Shown piece by piece: positions 30,860-42,645 of a stretch of DNA of 64,000 nucleotides. The stretch covers positions 18,928 through 82,927 of the forward strand of contig CADCWL010000035.1 of NCBI GenBank assembly GCA_902806405.1, written 5' to 3'. A program made the translations under genes and the position numbers. Numbering within the stretch: position 1 is the stretch's first letter; every line of letters begins with the position of its first letter. The stretch is from an uncultured Thermomicrobiales bacterium. Its GTDB lineage: Bacteria; Chloroflexota; Chloroflexia; Thermomicrobiales; UBA6265. The notes under the pieces are model-generated. The model saw only the letters and a program-made list of their open reading frames with translations. It was not told the DNA's origin and ran no database searches.

Positions 30860-31456
30860 CTAGGCCTCCCCGTTGCTCCGAGCCGCGGCGAGTGCTTCCT
30901 TGCGACTGGGACCGCCAACCTTGCCGACTCGCGCCCGCTTCAGCTCGGCGTTCAGCGGCAGGCGCCGGCTACGCGGCCGAGCCGAGACCCAGGCATCGGT
31001 GCGCTCGATCGTCTCTACACTGCCCCCCGTCGCCTCAATCTGCGCCCGCGCAGCGGCGGAGAAAGCGTGCGCCCTCACCGTCATGGTGCGGGAAAGATCG
31101 CCCTCTGCCAGTACCTTGATCGGGAATTCGAGTCCGCGGACGACCCCGAGATGGTACAGCACCTCCGGCGTGATCGGCCCCTCCACCGCAAGCTCCTCCA
31201 GGCGGCTCAAGTTCACCACCTCCCAGGGCGTCTTTTGGATGTTGGTGAAGCCCCGCTTGTACGGCAGGGCCTGCTGGATCGGGAGCTGACCGCCCTCGAA
31301 GCCGAGACGGACGCCGCGGCCGGAGCGAGAGTTCTGCCCCTTCTGGCCGCGGCCGGCCGTCTTGCCCTTGCCGCTGCCATGGCCACGGCCAACCCGAACC
31401 TTGTCCCGTTTCGCGCCCGGGTTCGGGCGCAGATCGTCGAGTGTCAATGGCATCAT
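30860..31456 (-). CDS. rplO: 50S ribosomal protein L15, with a ~45-aa C-terminal extension
   Basis: LRPNPGAKRDKVRVGRGHGSGKGKTAGRGQKGQNSRSG. Confidence 0.95.
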   Translation of the reverse strand: MMPLTLDDLRPNPGAKRDKVRVGRGHGSGKGKTAGRGQKGQNSRSGRGVRLGFEGGQLPIQQALPYKRGFTNIQKTPWEVVNLSRLEELAVEGPITPEVLYHLGVVRGLEFPIKVLAEGDLSRTMTVRAHAFSAAARAQIEATGGSVETIERTDAWVSARPRSRRLPLNAELKRARVGKVGGPSRKEALAAARSNGEA

Positions 31457-31489
31457 CGTTGTCCTATCTATCGCCTGCCCTGGACTGGC

Positions 31490-31798
31490 TTAGCCCGCGC
31501 CTTCGTCCCCGGGGGCGACGTACCGCGCGAACGGGGATCCGACCGCGACGGCCGGTCGGTTGGTTCCTTCCAGCGGTACGGTTTCTGCGCCCGCCTGCAG
31601 CTCCTCCACCCGCACCAGGTGCCGGATCTTGGTCACCATGCCACGGATCGACGGATTGTCGGGCCGCTCCACCGTGTGGTGCATCCGGCGCAGCCCGAGG
31701 GCGCGCACCGTCGCCTCCTGGTCCTTCGGGCGACCAATCGTGCTCCGAACCAGGGTAATTCGGAGCGCAGCGGCGCCGCTTGTCTGGGTCTCGCTCAC
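31490..31798 (-). CDS. rpmD: 50S ribosomal protein L30, with a ~40-aa C-terminal extension
   Basis: [55 protein letters not shown]. The GTG start overlaps the rpsE stop (GTGA). Confidence 0.93.
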   Translation of the reverse strand: MSETQTSGAAALRITLVRSTIGRPKDQEATVRALGLRRMHHTVERPDNPSIRGMVTKIRHLVRVEELQAGAETVPLEGTNRPAVAVGSPFARYVAPGDEGAG

Positions 31799-32463
31799 GC
31801 CCGATCACCCCGGCGGCCACGGCCGCCCCCTTGCCCACCGCCCGGGCCGCCGCGGCCGCGGCCGGAGCCGCCCTGGGACTGCGAGGGCGGCGGTCCGCCC
31901 TGAATCGGTCGCGGCGGCGGCGCCGCGGCAGTCTGCGCCGCCGGCCGTAGGATCCGCGCCCGTTGTCGCCGCCGCGATACGGCCTCGACAGACTCCAGCT
32001 CCTGAAGCGCCTTCAACGTGGCGCGAACCACGTTGATCGGATTGTTGCTCCCCAAAGACTTGGTGAGGATGTCCTTGATCCCCGCCGCCTCGACCACGGC
32101 GCGGACCCCGCCGCCGGCGATCACGCCGGTCCCCGGCGCTGCCGGTTTCAGCAGAACCCGGGAGGCGCCGAACGCGGTCTCGACCTGGTGCGGGATCGTC
32201 GTGCCGTCCAGCGGCACCGCAATCATCCCCTTCTTGGCCGCCTCAACCCCTTTGCGGATCGAGTCGGGCACCTCGCCCGCCTTGCCGATGCCGGCACCCA
32301 CCCGGCCGCGGCCGTCGCCGACCACGATGATGCTGCCAAAGCTGAAGGTCCGACCGCCCTTGCCCACCTTCGACACGCGGTTGATCTGGACCACCCGCTC
32401 TTCGAACTCGCCGCCGCCGTCGTCGTCCGACCGGCGGCGCGATCCACGATCGCCCCGATCCAT
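31795..32463 (-). CDS. rpsE: 30S ribosomal protein S5, with a ~57-aa Pro/Gly/Arg (RGG-type) C-terminal tail
   Basis: [43 protein letters not shown]...[39 protein letters not shown]. The tail ends [25 protein letters not shown]. Confidence 0.95.
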   Translation of the reverse strand: MDRGDRGSRRRSDDDGGGEFEERVVQINRVSKVGKGGRTFSFGSIIVVGDGRGRVGAGIGKAGEVPDSIRKGVEAAKKGMIAVPLDGTTIPHQVETAFGASRVLLKPAAPGTGVIAGGGVRAVVEAAGIKDILTKSLGSNNPINVVRATLKALQELESVEAVSRRRQRARILRPAAQTAAAPPPRPIQGGPPPSQSQGGSGRGRGGPGGGQGGGRGRRGDRA

Positions 32464-32522
32464 CCTCTGCTCCGTCCCGTAGCTCTCGACTTAAGCGCGG
32501 ACCGGCGACCGCGACACCGGCC

Positions 32523-32897
32523 TTAGAACGCCAGACCGCCCTCGCGCGCGCCGTCGGCCACTGCCCGGACCCGACCGTGGTACAGGAACCCACCTCGGTC
32601 GAAGACGACCGCCTCGATCCCGGCCGCCCTGGCTCGCTCGGCGATGACCTGTCCGACCGTCTTCGCGCGCGCCACCTTGGTAGCACCGTCGCCGGCGCGC
32701 TCCACCACCGGGGCCTCGAGGTCGCTCGCCGCCACCAGCGTGTGGCCGAGCGTGTCGTCGATCACCTGGGCGTAGATGTGCGCCGAGGAGCGGAACACGT
32801 TCAACCGGGGCCGCTGCTCCGTCCCGCTGACCTTCGCGCGGACCCGGACGTGGCGCCGCTTCCGCGGCGTCAGTCTCCGTCGGTACTTCAGTCTCAT
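32523..32897 (-). CDS. rplR: 50S ribosomal protein L18
   Basis: [34 protein letters not shown]...[26 protein letters not shown]. Confidence 0.96.
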   Translation of the reverse strand: MRLKYRRRLTPRKRRHVRVRAKVSGTEQRPRLNVFRSSAHIYAQVIDDTLGHTLVAASDLEAPVVERAGDGATKVARAKTVGQVIAERARAAGIEAVVFDRGGFLYHGRVRAVADGAREGGLAF

Positions 32898-32994
32898 CCT
32901 TGCTCTCCAATGACACGGAGGGGAAGTTTAGAAGCTCAGGGCGAACGTCAACGGAGCGTAGACCCCTTGCCACTCGAGCCTTCCCCTTCTCCCG

Positions 32995-33540
32995 CTACTT
33001 GGCCTTGCCGGCCTTGCCCGCCTTGCGTCGGATCTGCTCCCCCGCGTAGCGGATACCCTTCCCCTTGTACGGCTCTGGCGGGCGCACCCGACGGATGCGC
33101 GCCGCCTCCTCGCCGACGAGTTGCTTGTCGATCCCGTTCACGGACAGCCGAGTCGGGTTCTCGAGGGTGTAGGAGATCCCTGCGGGAGGCACCATCCGCA
33201 CCGGGTGCGAGTAGCCGACCGTCAGCACCAGCGTCGTGCCGTCCATTGCGGCCCGGTAGCCGACACCCTGAATCTCCAGGTCCCGCTTGTAACCGTCCGT
33301 CACGCCGATGACCATGTTGGCGATCAGGGTGCGCGTCAGCCCGTGGAGGGAGCGGTGCTCCCGCTCGTTGTCCGGGCGCTCAACGAGGAGCGTCCCGTCC
33401 TCGCGAATCAGCTTCAGGTCCCGGTCAAAGCTGCTGGACAGTTCCCCTTTCGGCCCCTTCACCCGGACCGCGTTCCCCGGCTCGACCGCGAGGTCGACAC
33501 TTGCGGGGATCGCGATCGGCCTCCGTCCGATTCTCGACAT
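32995..33540 (-). CDS. rplF: 50S ribosomal protein L6
   Basis: [19 protein letters not shown]...VKGPKGEL...GVGYRA...LTVGYSHPV. The listed ORF is over-extended to 33663. Confidence 0.96.
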   Translation of the reverse strand: MSRIGRRPIAIPASVDLAVEPGNAVRVKGPKGELSSSFDRDLKLIREDGTLLVERPDNEREHRSLHGLTRTLIANMVIGVTDGYKRDLEIQGVGYRAAMDGTTLVLTVGYSHPVRMVPPAGISYTLENPTRLSVNGIDKQLVGEEAARIRRVRPPEPYKGKGIRYAGEQIRRKAGKAGKAK

Positions 33541-33610
33541 TGTCATCTCCCTCCGCCACGGTCGCCACCGGGCCGCGGTCGGCGGCTCCGGGGGATCGGC
33601 CGCCGTTCGT

Positions 33611-34009
33611 TTAGAAAACGGTGCAGAGCACCTCGCCGCCGATCCCGCGCCGTCGCGCCTCAAAGCCGGTCATAACCCCTTCCGGGGTGCTGACAACCGC
33701 GATGCCGAGCCCACTCCGAACTCGGGGGATCTGGTCCTTGCCGGCGTAGACGCGCAGGCCCGGCTTGCTGACCCGCTTGATCTCGCGGATCGTGTGCCGC
33801 TTGTCCGCGCCGTAGCGCAGCCCGACGACAAGCTGGTCCTGCGGCCGCCGCTCGACGACCCGGTAGTCGCCTATATAGCCCTCTTCCTTGAGGATGCCGG
33901 CGATTGCGACCAGGATCTTGGTCGCCGGCATCGTCGTCTCGGTTTGGCGGGCCATGCCCGCGTTCCTGATTCGGGTCAGCATGTCGCTGATCGGGTCGTT
34001 GACGCTCAT
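33611..34009 (-). CDS. rpsH: 30S ribosomal protein S8
   Basis: [18 protein letters not shown]...[10 protein letters not shown]...[13 protein letters not shown]. Confidence 0.96.
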   Translation of the reverse strand: MSVNDPISDMLTRIRNAGMARQTETTMPATKILVAIAGILKEEGYIGDYRVVERRPQDQLVVGLRYGADKRHTIREIKRVSKPGLRVYAGKDQIPRVRSGLGIAVVSTPEGVMTGFEARRRGIGGEVLCTVF

Positions 34010-34055
34010 CCGCCGTCCTTCTGTCCTTCGTGCTCGGCAGTTCCTGTCGTTCCGC

Positions 34056-34241
34056 CTACCAGCTCGACTTGGTCACCCCCGGCAGGCGTCCGACCGAGGC
34101 GAGTTCGCGGAAGCAGATTCGGCAGGTGCCGAACTTCCGCATGTAGGATCGGCTCCGGCCGCAGAGCCGGCAGCGGTTGACCGAACGAACTTCGAACTTC
34201 GCCGGCTTCTGCGACTTGACGATCAGCGACTTCTTAGCCAT
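34056..34241 (-). CDS. rpsN: 30S ribosomal protein S14, type Z (zinc-binding, 61 aa)
   Basis: [48 protein letters not shown]. Confidence 0.96.
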   Translation of the reverse strand: MAKKSLIVKSQKPAKFEVRSVNRCRLCGRSRSYMRKFGTCRICFRELASVGRLPGVTKSSW

Positions 34242-34279
34242 CGATTCTCTCCTTTACGGGCCGGGAACGCGGCTGCGCT

Positions 34280-34840
34280 CTACGCGGCCCGCTGCTCGGT
34301 CCGGGCGAACGGGATGCCAAGGAGCGCAAGCAGCCGCCGCCCCTCCTCGTCGTTGCGGGCGGTGGAAACGAAGCTCATCTCCAGCCCTCGGGTCTTGTCG
34401 ATCCGATCGTAGTCGATCTCCGGAAACGCGAGTTGTTCGCGCAGCCCGAGCGTGTAATTCCCCCGGCCGTCGAAGGCGTTCGGCGAGATTCCTCGGAAAT
34501 CCCGGATGCGAGGTAGGGTAATGTTGACCATCCGATCGAGAAATTCATACATACGGGGGCCACGCAGGGTCACCATCGCCCCGATCGGCATCCCCTCGCG
34601 CAGCTTGAAGGCCGCGATCGAGCGCTTTGCGCGGGTAACCACCGGTTTCTGGCCGGTGATAGCGGTCAAGTCCCCGACCGCCGCGTCGATCGCCCGAGCG
34701 TTACTGACCGCCTCGCCCAGCCCGATGTTGATCACGATCTTCTGGAGCTTCGGTACCTGCATCACGTTCTTGTAGGCAAACTCTTGCATCAGCGCCGGCA
34801 CGATCTCCGCCTGATACCGTTCTTGCAGCCTGGCCGCCAT
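34280..34840 (-). CDS. rplE: 50S ribosomal protein L5
   Basis: [40 protein letters not shown]...[19 protein letters not shown]. Confidence 0.97.
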   Translation of the reverse strand: MAARLQERYQAEIVPALMQEFAYKNVMQVPKLQKIVINIGLGEAVSNARAIDAAVGDLTAITGQKPVVTRAKRSIAAFKLREGMPIGAMVTLRGPRMYEFLDRMVNITLPRIRDFRGISPNAFDGRGNYTLGLREQLAFPEIDYDRIDKTRGLEMSFVSTARNDEEGRRLLALLGIPFARTEQRAA

Positions 34841-34969
34841 CTGGACTCCCTCGTCTCCGTATCCGCTCGCATCCTTGGGTGGCGTTTGCCGCCTGGTCCG
34901 CCGCGTGGGCGCTCAGGCCGCCGTCTCTTCTACTTGCTCACCCGGCCACGCCGCCAAACGGCCCCGCCC

Positions 34970-35293
34970 TTACGCCTCGGGTCGCGGCACCGACAGGTCG
35001 CACTTCTTGCAGTAGCGCTCGTTCTTCTCCGCCGCGTTCGGACGAACGCCGACCCGCGTCGGTTGTTTGCAGTTCGGGCAGATCAGCCGGACGTTAGAGA
35101 CGTGCAAAGGCGCCTCGACCTCGACGATCCCTGCCTGGCGCGCCCGTCCCCGCTTGACGTGCTTCTTGACGATGTTGACGCCCTCGATCACCACCCGGTC
35201 GCGTTCGATTAGGTTCAGACGGACCTGCCCGCGCTGCCCCTTGTTACGCCCGCTCGTGACGAGGACCTCATCGCCGCTCCGAATCTTCTGCAT
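34970..35293 (-). CDS. rplX: 50S ribosomal protein L24 (with a CxxC...CxxC motif)
   Basis: IRSGDEVLVTSGRNKGQRGQV...VIEGVNIVKKHVK. C-terminal ICPNCKQPTRVGV...RYCKKCD. Confidence 0.95.
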   Translation of the reverse strand: MQKIRSGDEVLVTSGRNKGQRGQVRLNLIERDRVVIEGVNIVKKHVKRGRARQAGIVEVEAPLHVSNVRLICPNCKQPTRVGVRPNAAEKNERYCKKCDLSVPRPEA

Positions 35294-35332
35294 CGCTCCG
35301 TTCCCCGCTCTTCCCCGCCTTGCCGGTGCCCT

Positions 35333-35701
35333 TTAAAGGACCTCCGGTGCCAGGGAGACGATCCGCATGAACTGCCGTTCCCGCAACTCCCGGCCCACGG
35401 GGCCGAAGATCCGCGTCCCGCGAGGGGCACCTTGGGCGTTGATCAGCACCGCCGCGTTGTCGTCGAACTTGATGTGGCTCCCGTCCGGCCGGCCGTACTC
35501 CTGCGCCGTGCGCACGATCACCGCCCGTACCACCTCGCCCCGCTTCACCCCGGCGTTCGGTTGCGCCTGCTTTACGGTCGCGATGATGGTGTCGCCGACG
35601 CTCCCGTACTTGCGGGATGACCCACCAAGAACGCGGATGCAGAGCAACTCCCTCGCCCCGCTGTTATCCGCGACCCGGAGCCGCGTTTCTGTCTGAATCA
35701 C
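35333..35701 (-). CDS. rplN: 50S ribosomal protein L14
   Basis: [27 protein letters not shown]...[30 protein letters not shown] start at 35701; the listed ORF is over-extended. Confidence 0.96.
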   Translation of the reverse strand: MIQTETRLRVADNSGARELLCIRVLGGSSRKYGSVGDTIIATVKQAQPNAGVKRGEVVRAVIVRTAQEYGRPDGSHIKFDDNAAVLINAQGAPRGTRIFGPVGRELRERQFMRIVSLAPEVL

Positions 35702-35746
35702 GCTACTACCCTCAGCTTCCGTGACCGCCGGCGGTCTCGGGTCCAA

Positions 35747-36076
35747 CTAGATCCGGATGGCCTGCTGCACGATCTCGCGCACGATCCACCGCTTCCGCTT
35801 CGAGAGCGGCCGCGTCTCCTCGATCCGAACGACATCACCCGGCTTGCACCGGTTCTCCTCGTCGTGGGCGAGGAACTTGCTCGTGCGGGTGATCCGCTTG
35901 CGGTACAGCGGGTGGCGCCGGACGGAGTCGACCGCGACGACCACGGTCTTCTCCATCTTGTCACTGACCACTCGCCCAACCTTCTGCGTCCGCACCGCCT
36001 GACCGCCGATGACGGCGTCCGGGGCGGCGTCGTGGCTGGCGAGGTCGGTCGTCGTGGTCGCCGTAACCTCCGTCAT
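35747..36076 (-). CDS. rpsQ: 30S ribosomal protein S17, with a ~28-aa N-terminal extension
   Basis: [69 protein letters not shown] 36076 overlaps the rpmC stop (ATGA). Confidence 0.93.
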   Translation of the reverse strand: MTEVTATTTTDLASHDAAPDAVIGGQAVRTQKVGRVVSDKMEKTVVVAVDSVRRHPLYRKRITRTSKFLAHDEENRCKPGDVVRIEETRPLSKRKRWIVREIVQQAIRI

Positions 36077-36348
36077 CTTCTGTCTCCCTGTCTGGTCGGT
36101 CGACCGACAATCCGACCACCGGCCTCCGCTCGCGCGGCCAGGTAGGCGCGGGTCGCGGCGTCCGTCTCGCGCTCGGTGCGGATCGTATGAATGCGTGCGA
36201 TCGTCTTTCTGATCTCTCGGATGCGGGCCGTTGCGGTCAGCTGGCCGAGCGCCTCCTGGAACCGGAGGTCGCGCCACTCCTCGTGCAACTCCCGCAGCCG
36301 ATCCTCCAGCTGCTCGTGCGTCAGCGGGCGAAGCTCGGCAGCCTTCAC
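36073..36348 (-). CDS. rpmC: 50S ribosomal protein L29, with a ~25-aa C-terminal extension
   Basis: [56 protein letters not shown]. The GTG start overlaps the rplP stop. Confidence 0.93.
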   Translation of the reverse strand: MKAAELRPLTHEQLEDRLRELHEEWRDLRFQEALGQLTATARIREIRKTIARIHTIRTERETDAATRAYLAARAEAGGRIVGRPTRQGDRR

Positions 36349-36854
36349 GCCACCACCTCCTCGACCCGGTCGGCGTCCGGCGCGGAGCTGACATCGAGGA
36401 CCTCGCTCTCGTCCTCCTCGTCCACGACGGCCGCCGGCACGCCAACGTGCTCCCGGACGATGAAGCGGCAGTCCATCGGCATCTTCATGCCGGCGCGCTT
36501 GAGCGCCTCGGCAGCCCGGTCCTCCGACACCCCGCCGATCTCAAAAAGAACACGGCCCGGCTTGACGACAGCAACCCAGAACTCCGGGTTCCCCTTGCCC
36601 GAGCCCATCCGCGTCTCCGCCGGCTTCTGCGTGACCGGCTTGTCGGGGAAGATCCGGATCCAGACCTTGCCACCACGCTTCAGATTGTTGGTGATCGCGC
36701 GGCGGGCCGCCTCGATTTGCCGACTGGAGACCCAGGCCGGCTCGAGCGCCTGGAGGGCGAACTCCCCGAAGGCGATCGTCGCCCCACGGTGGGCGGTCCC
36801 CTTCATCCGACCGCGCATCATCTTTCGGTATTTGGTTCGCTTCGGCATCAACAT
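36345..36854 (-). CDS. rplP: 50S ribosomal protein L16, with an acidic ~30-aa C-terminal extension
   Basis: [38 protein letters not shown]...[25 protein letters not shown]. Confidence 0.96.
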   Translation of the reverse strand: MLMPKRTKYRKMMRGRMKGTAHRGATIAFGEFALQALEPAWVSSRQIEAARRAITNNLKRGGKVWIRIFPDKPVTQKPAETRMGSGKGNPEFWVAVVKPGRVLFEIGGVSEDRAAEALKRAGMKMPMDCRFIVREHVGVPAAVVDEEDESEVLDVSSAPDADRVEEVVA

Positions 36855-36874
36855 GGCGAACGGCTCCTAGCTCG

Positions 36875-37561
36875 CTAATCCGCCGGCAGGGCGGCGAGGT
36901 CGGCCGTCAAGCTCGCCTCGGTGACGGGTCGGCGCTCCGGCATGACGTCGCCACGATAGATCCAGACCTTGACGCCGATCCGGCCGTACGTGGTGCCGGC
37001 ATGAACAACACCGAAGTCGATGTCCGCCCGCAGCGTCTGCCTCGGCACCCGGCCGTCCATCTCCGTCACCGTCCGGCTCATCTCGGCGCCTCCGAGGCGA
37101 CCGGAGAGGGTGATCTTGACCCCCTTCGCCCCGCGCCGTACCGCCTGCTGCACCGCGTGCTTCATTGCCCGGCGATAGGAGACCCGCCGCGCGATCTGCT
37201 CAGCGATGCTCTCGGCGATCAGACGGGCATCGGTCTCCGGCACCTTGATCTCCTCGATCTTGAGGTGCACCTTCTTCGAGACCGCCTTCTCCAGCATCTG
37301 GCGCAGCCGCTCGACGTTCGCGCCCTGCTTGCCGATCACGATCCCCGGCTTCGAGGTGTGGAGGGTGACATCGACCTTGTTTGCCGCCCGCTCCAGCTCG
37401 ATCTTCGAGATTCCCGCCCGCGACAGGTCGGCCATGATCAGCCGCCGGATGCGGAGATCCTCATGCAGCTGGTCCGTGTAGTTGCGTTCGGCGTACCACT
37501 TGGATTCCCAGTCGCTGACGATCCCCAAACGGAATCCGATCGGGTGTACTTTGCGTCCCAT
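36875..37561 (-). CDS. rpsC: 30S ribosomal protein S3
   Basis: [24 protein letters not shown]...[17 protein letters not shown]. Confidence 0.97.
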   Translation of the reverse strand: MGRKVHPIGFRLGIVSDWESKWYAERNYTDQLHEDLRIRRLIMADLSRAGISKIELERAANKVDVTLHTSKPGIVIGKQGANVERLRQMLEKAVSKKVHLKIEEIKVPETDARLIAESIAEQIARRVSYRRAMKHAVQQAVRRGAKGVKITLSGRLGGAEMSRTVTEMDGRVPRQTLRADIDFGVVHAGTTYGRIGVKVWIYRGDVMPERRPVTEASLTADLAALPAD

Positions 37562-37902
37562 TAGCTCTCCTCCCGATTCTCGGCGATGACGGTGATGTGG
37601 CAGGTGCGGCGCTGGATTCGGCCGACACGGCCCCGCGCCTTCGCCTTGAAGCGACGGAAGCTCGGCCCGTCGTCGGCGTAGATCGCCTTCACCCAGAGGT
37701 CCTCCGGGTCCAGGTCGTAGTTGTTCTCCGCGTTCGCGGCCACCGACTTCAGGAGCCGCTGGACATCGTCCGCCGTCTTCTGCGGCAGGAACCGCGCGAT
37801 CGCGATCGCCTCCGTCACCCGCTTTCCCCGCACGGCGTCGACGACTAGGCGCGCCTTGCGCGGGGAGACGCGCACGTTGCTCACGCTCGCCCGGACTTGC
37901 AT
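37561..37902 (-). CDS. rplV: 50S ribosomal protein L22
   Basis: [42 protein letters not shown]...[27 protein letters not shown]. The listed ORF is over-extended to 38019. Confidence 0.95.
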   Translation of the reverse strand: MQVRASVSNVRVSPRKARLVVDAVRGKRVTEAIAIARFLPQKTADDVQRLLKSVAANAENNYDLDPEDLWVKAIYADDGPSFRRFKAKARGRVGRIQRRTCHITVIAENREES

Positions 37903-37936
37903 CTCGTTTCTGTCCTCTCTCGCCTCGGACCGTCGG

Positions 37937-38218
37937 CTAACGCCGTCCGCGCCGGTCCGCGTCCTTGCCGTGGCCCCGGTACGTTCGCGTCGGGGCAAAC
38001 TCGCCGAGCTTGTGGCCAACCATCTGCTCCGAGATGAAGATCGGGACGTGAACCTTCCCGTTGTGGATGGCGACCGTGTGCCCGACCATCTGCGGAAAGA
38101 CCGTCGACGCCCGCGCCCAGGTTCGGATTACCCGCCGCTCGTTGCTTTGGTTGAGCGCATCGACCTTCTCCCGCAGGTTCTGGTCGATGTACGGCCCCTT
38201 CTTCGACGACCTCGACAC
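37937..38218 (-). CDS. rpsS: 30S ribosomal protein S19
   Basis: [14 protein letters not shown]...[51 protein letters not shown]. Confidence 0.97.
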   Translation of the reverse strand: MSRSSKKGPYIDQNLREKVDALNQSNERRVIRTWARASTVFPQMVGHTVAIHNGKVHVPIFISEQMVGHKLGEFAPTRTYRGHGKDADRRGRR

Positions 38219-38238
38219 CTCGTTACCTCCTGGACCGC

Positions 38239-39072
38239 TTAGCGGCGCTTCGCCGGGCGCCGGCGGACGATCATCGAGTCGGTCCGCTTGTTGTTGCGCG
38301 TCCGCTGCTGCGCCGGCTTACCCCACTTCGTCTTCGGCTGGCCGCCAATCGGCGCCTTGCCTTCACCACCGCCGTGCGGGTGGTCACGGGGGTTCATCAC
38401 CGAGCCGCGAACGGTCGGCCGCCACCCCTTGTGCCGGTTCCGCCCCGCCTTGCCGATCTCCACGTTCTCGTGGTCGACGTTGCCGACCTGACCGAGCGTC
38501 GCCATGCAGCTCAGGTGGACCCGTCGCACCTCGCCCGACGGCATCCGCACCTGGGCATAGTCCTCCGACTTTGCCATCAGTTGCGCGGAAACCCCGGCCG
38601 AGCGGCACATCTGCCCCCCCTTGCCCGGCGAGAGCTCGATGTTGTGGATCTGGGTCCCGGTCGGGATGTTCCGCAGCGGCAGCGCGTTGCCGACCCGGAT
38701 CGGCGCCTCCGGTCCGGAGACGACCCGATCACCGACCTTGATCCCCACCGGAGCCAACATGTAGCGCTTCTCGCCGTCGACGTAGAAGAGCAGCGCGATC
38801 CGCGCCGAGCGGTTGGGGTCGTACTCGATCGCGGCCACCCGCGCCGGGATACCCGCTTTGTTCCGCTTGAAGTCGATGATCCGGTAGAAGCGCTTCGCGC
38901 CACCGCCCCGATGACGGGTCGTGATCCGACCGCGGTTGTTGCGACCGGCGTGCTTCTTCAGCGGCTCGATGAGGCTCTTCTCGGGCTCCGTCTTGGTGAT
39001 CTCCTCGAACGTGCTGACGCTCATCGAGCGTCGCCCCGGGGAGGTGGGTTTGTAGACGCGAACCGGCATCAC
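38239..39072 (-). CDS. rplB: 50S ribosomal protein L2
   Basis: [12 protein letters not shown]...[19 protein letters not shown]...[17 protein letters not shown]. Confidence 0.97.
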   Translation of the reverse strand: MMPVRVYKPTSPGRRSMSVSTFEEITKTEPEKSLIEPLKKHAGRNNRGRITTRHRGGGAKRFYRIIDFKRNKAGIPARVAAIEYDPNRSARIALLFYVDGEKRYMLAPVGIKVGDRVVSGPEAPIRVGNALPLRNIPTGTQIHNIELSPGKGGQMCRSAGVSAQLMAKSEDYAQVRMPSGEVRRVHLSCMATLGQVGNVDHENVEIGKAGRNRHKGWRPTVRGSVMNPRDHPHGGGEGKAPIGGQPKTKWGKPAQQRTRNNKRTDSMIVRRRPAKRR

Positions 39073-39109
39073 GCGCTCCTTTCTCGTACCCGGCGACTCA
39101 TCGGCATCG

Positions 39110-39421
39110 TTACACCTGCTCGAAGAGGTCGATCCGCTGGTCCGGGTAGAGGGTCACGATCGCCTTCTTCCAGGCTGCCTCGTGACCGGCGATCCGACCC
39201 CGCCCGCGACGCACGCCGCGCGAGCGCGGCTTTGCCTTCACGTTGAGCGTGTTGACCGCCTTGACCCGCACGTTGAAGGTCCGCTCGACCGCCTCCCGGA
39301 TCTGGATCTTGTTCGCGTCCGTGGAGACCTCGAACGAGTACTGGTCCCGCTCCATGAGCATGGTGTTCTTCTCGGTGATCAGGGGACGCCGGATAACGTC
39401 CTCCAGGCGCACGGCCGGCAT
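39110..39421 (-). CDS. rplW: 50S ribosomal protein L23
   Basis: [53 protein letters not shown]. Confidence 0.96.
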   Translation of the reverse strand: MPAVRLEDVIRRPLITEKNTMLMERDQYSFEVSTDANKIQIREAVERTFNVRVKAVNTLNVKAKPRSRGVRRGRGRIAGHEAAWKKAIVTLYPDQRIDLFEQV

Positions 39422-39422
39422 C

Positions 39423-40172
39423 TTAGGCCTCCCCCCCGACGGTTGCGACCATGGTCTCAGCCGCGGCGTCCGCCCGAGCCGCCAGACGGGCCAGCTTGAA
39501 CCGGCTCGGCACTCGCCGCGCCTCAGACAGTGCCCACAGCCCTTCGATGGTCGCGATCGCCTCGCGGGTCACGACCAGCCGCTCGTACTTCAGCACGTCC
39601 CGGACGTTCAAGTACCCCGCCTGGATCGTCTCCACGTCCTCCAGGTTCCCCGCGCCGCGCTTCACCACGTCGGAATGGCCCGGCGTCACGATCAGGACAG
39701 ATCGTGCCGAGGGCAGGGAGCCGATCACCCCCTTCATTGCCTTGGTCCGCGGTTCGATCGCTTCGAGACCGTCGATCACCGTCAGCCGGCCATCGCGCAC
39801 CTTAGCTGAGAGCGCAGAGCGGATCGCCAGCCGCCGCATCTGGCGGGGCATGTCCTGGGCGTAGGAGCGCGGGTGCGGTCCCCAGACGACACCACCGCCG
39901 CTCCACTGCGGCGAGCGGATGGAGCCCTGGCGTGCCCGGCCCGTCCCCTTCTGCCGCCACGGCTTCTTGCCGCCGCCACGGACCTCGCCGCGGGTCAGCG
40001 TGTTATGCGTCCCCTTCCGGGCGTTGGCCTGCTGACGCAGCAGCGCCTGGTGCATCACCGCGATGTTCGGCTCGATTCCCCAAACCGACTCGTCGAGGTC
40101 CACCCGGCCCACAATCACGCCGGTCGTGTCGTAGACGTCCGCCTGCATCGTCTCGCTCCGCTGCTCCGTCAT
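39423..40172 (-). CDS. rplD: 50S ribosomal protein L4, with a ~40-aa C-terminal extension
   Basis: [40 protein letters not shown]. The ATG overlaps the rplC stop (ATGA). Confidence 0.96.
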   Translation of the reverse strand: MTEQRSETMQADVYDTTGVIVGRVDLDESVWGIEPNIAVMHQALLRQQANARKGTHNTLTRGEVRGGGKKPWRQKGTGRARQGSIRSPQWSGGGVVWGPHPRSYAQDMPRQMRRLAIRSALSAKVRDGRLTVIDGLEAIEPRTKAMKGVIGSLPSARSVLIVTPGHSDVVKRGAGNLEDVETIQAGYLNVRDVLKYERLVVTREAIATIEGLWALSEARRVPSRFKLARLAARADAAAETMVATVGGEA

Positions 40173-40801
40173 CGCTTCTTCGCCTTGACCGCCCGGCGGA
40201 CCATCACGAGCCCCTTGTTCGGCCCCGGCACCGATCCCTCGATCAGGAGCAGATTCCGCTCGACATCGACGCGCAGGATCCGGAGGTTCTGGACCGTCAC
40301 CCGCTCGCTGCCCATGTGGCCGGCCATGCGCAGGCCCTTGAAGACGCGGCCCGGCGTCGCGCTCGAGCCGATCGAGCCGGGTGCCCGGAGCCGATCCGAC
40401 TGACCGTGCGTCTTCGGCCCACCGGCGAAGCCGTGGCGCTTGACGCCGCCCTGAAAGCCCTTGCCTTTGGAGGTGCCGGAGACGTCGACCTCCTCACCGT
40501 CCGCAAAGACGTCGGCCTTCAGGACCTGGCCGACTGTGAATTCCGCCACGTCGTCCGTGCGCACCTCCCGCAGGGTGCGCGACATGAAGCCGCTGGCCTG
40601 GCGGTGTCCCCGCTCCGGCTGGTTCAGCCGTTTGTCAAGACCGAAGCCGAGTTGGACGGCGCTGTAGCCGTCCTTGTCCGGCGTCTTCACCTGCGTCACC
40701 ACGCACGGACCGGTCTCGACCACCGTCACCGGATGGACGACCCCCGTCTCGTCGAAGATCTGCGTCATGCCGAGCTTTCGTCCCAGCATCCCGTCGATCA
40801 T
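40169..40801 (-). CDS. rplC: 50S ribosomal protein L3
   Basis: [26 protein letters not shown]...[37 protein letters not shown]. Confidence 0.97.
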   Translation of the reverse strand: MIDGMLGRKLGMTQIFDETGVVHPVTVVETGPCVVTQVKTPDKDGYSAVQLGFGLDKRLNQPERGHRQASGFMSRTLREVRTDDVAEFTVGQVLKADVFADGEEVDVSGTSKGKGFQGGVKRHGFAGGPKTHGQSDRLRAPGSIGSSATPGRVFKGLRMAGHMGSERVTVQNLRILRVDVERNLLLIEGSVPGPNKGLVMVRRAVKAKKR

Positions 40802-40947
40802 TGGCTCTCTCCTGTCTCCCAGGAAGTGGCCCCAGCTTCCAAGCCGCCGCCACTCTCAGAGCGTAACCAGTCGTCGGTAAGCATTAACCGGTAGCCGGCC
40901 CGGCGATTTCGCTTCGACTGCCCGCATCGGACTACCGGCTACTCCGT

Positions 40948-41274
40948 CTACAGCTTGATCTCGATGTCCACGCCCGCCGGCAAGTTCAGCCGCATCAGGG
41001 CGCGGATCGTATTCCCGCTTGGCTCGAGGACATCGATCAGTCGCTTGTGCGTCCGAATCTCGAACTGCTCTTGCGAGTCCTTATCGACGAACGGGGACCG
41101 CATCACGCAAAACTTCTCGATCCGCGTCGGCAGCGGCACCGGCCCGGCTACCTTCGCACCGGTCGACTCGGCCGTCTCCACGATCTTGCCGGCCGACTGG
41201 TCGAGCACTTTGTGGTCGTACGCTTTCAGACGGATCCGGATCTTCTGGCTCGGTTTTCGCGCTGTTGCGACCAT
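40948..41274 (-). CDS. rpsJ: 30S ribosomal protein S10
   Basis: [72 protein letters not shown]. Confidence 0.97.
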   Translation of the reverse strand: MVATARKPSQKIRIRLKAYDHKVLDQSAGKIVETAESTGAKVAGPVPLPTRIEKFCVMRSPFVDKDSQEQFEIRTHKRLIDVLEPSGNTIRALMRLNLPAGVDIEIKL

Positions 41275-41336
41275 CGTCCGTACCCCTTCGTTCCGCCTGT
41301 GCTCGTCCGACGTGCCGGTCTGCTCCTCGGCGGGGT

Positions 41337-42536
<1,200 letters not shown>

Positions 42537-42599
42537 GTGTGTCGTTCCTCCCTCGGTCCCGTCCGGGAACCCGTACCCAGGTTTTCTCGATTGGACGCG

Positions 42600-42627
42600 A
42601 AAGCGATCCGCCGTGTCGGCGGATCGC
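42600..42627 (-). terminator. Perfect GC-rich hairpin plus a short U tract in the fusA-tuf spacer (possible partial terminator or processing site)
   Basis: Minus-strand RNA is GCGAUCCGCCG-aca-CGGCGGAUCGC followed by UUUCG. It begins ~18 nt after the fusA stop. Confidence 0.45.
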
Positions 42628-42645
42628 CCCGCTTTCCCTTTTGGG

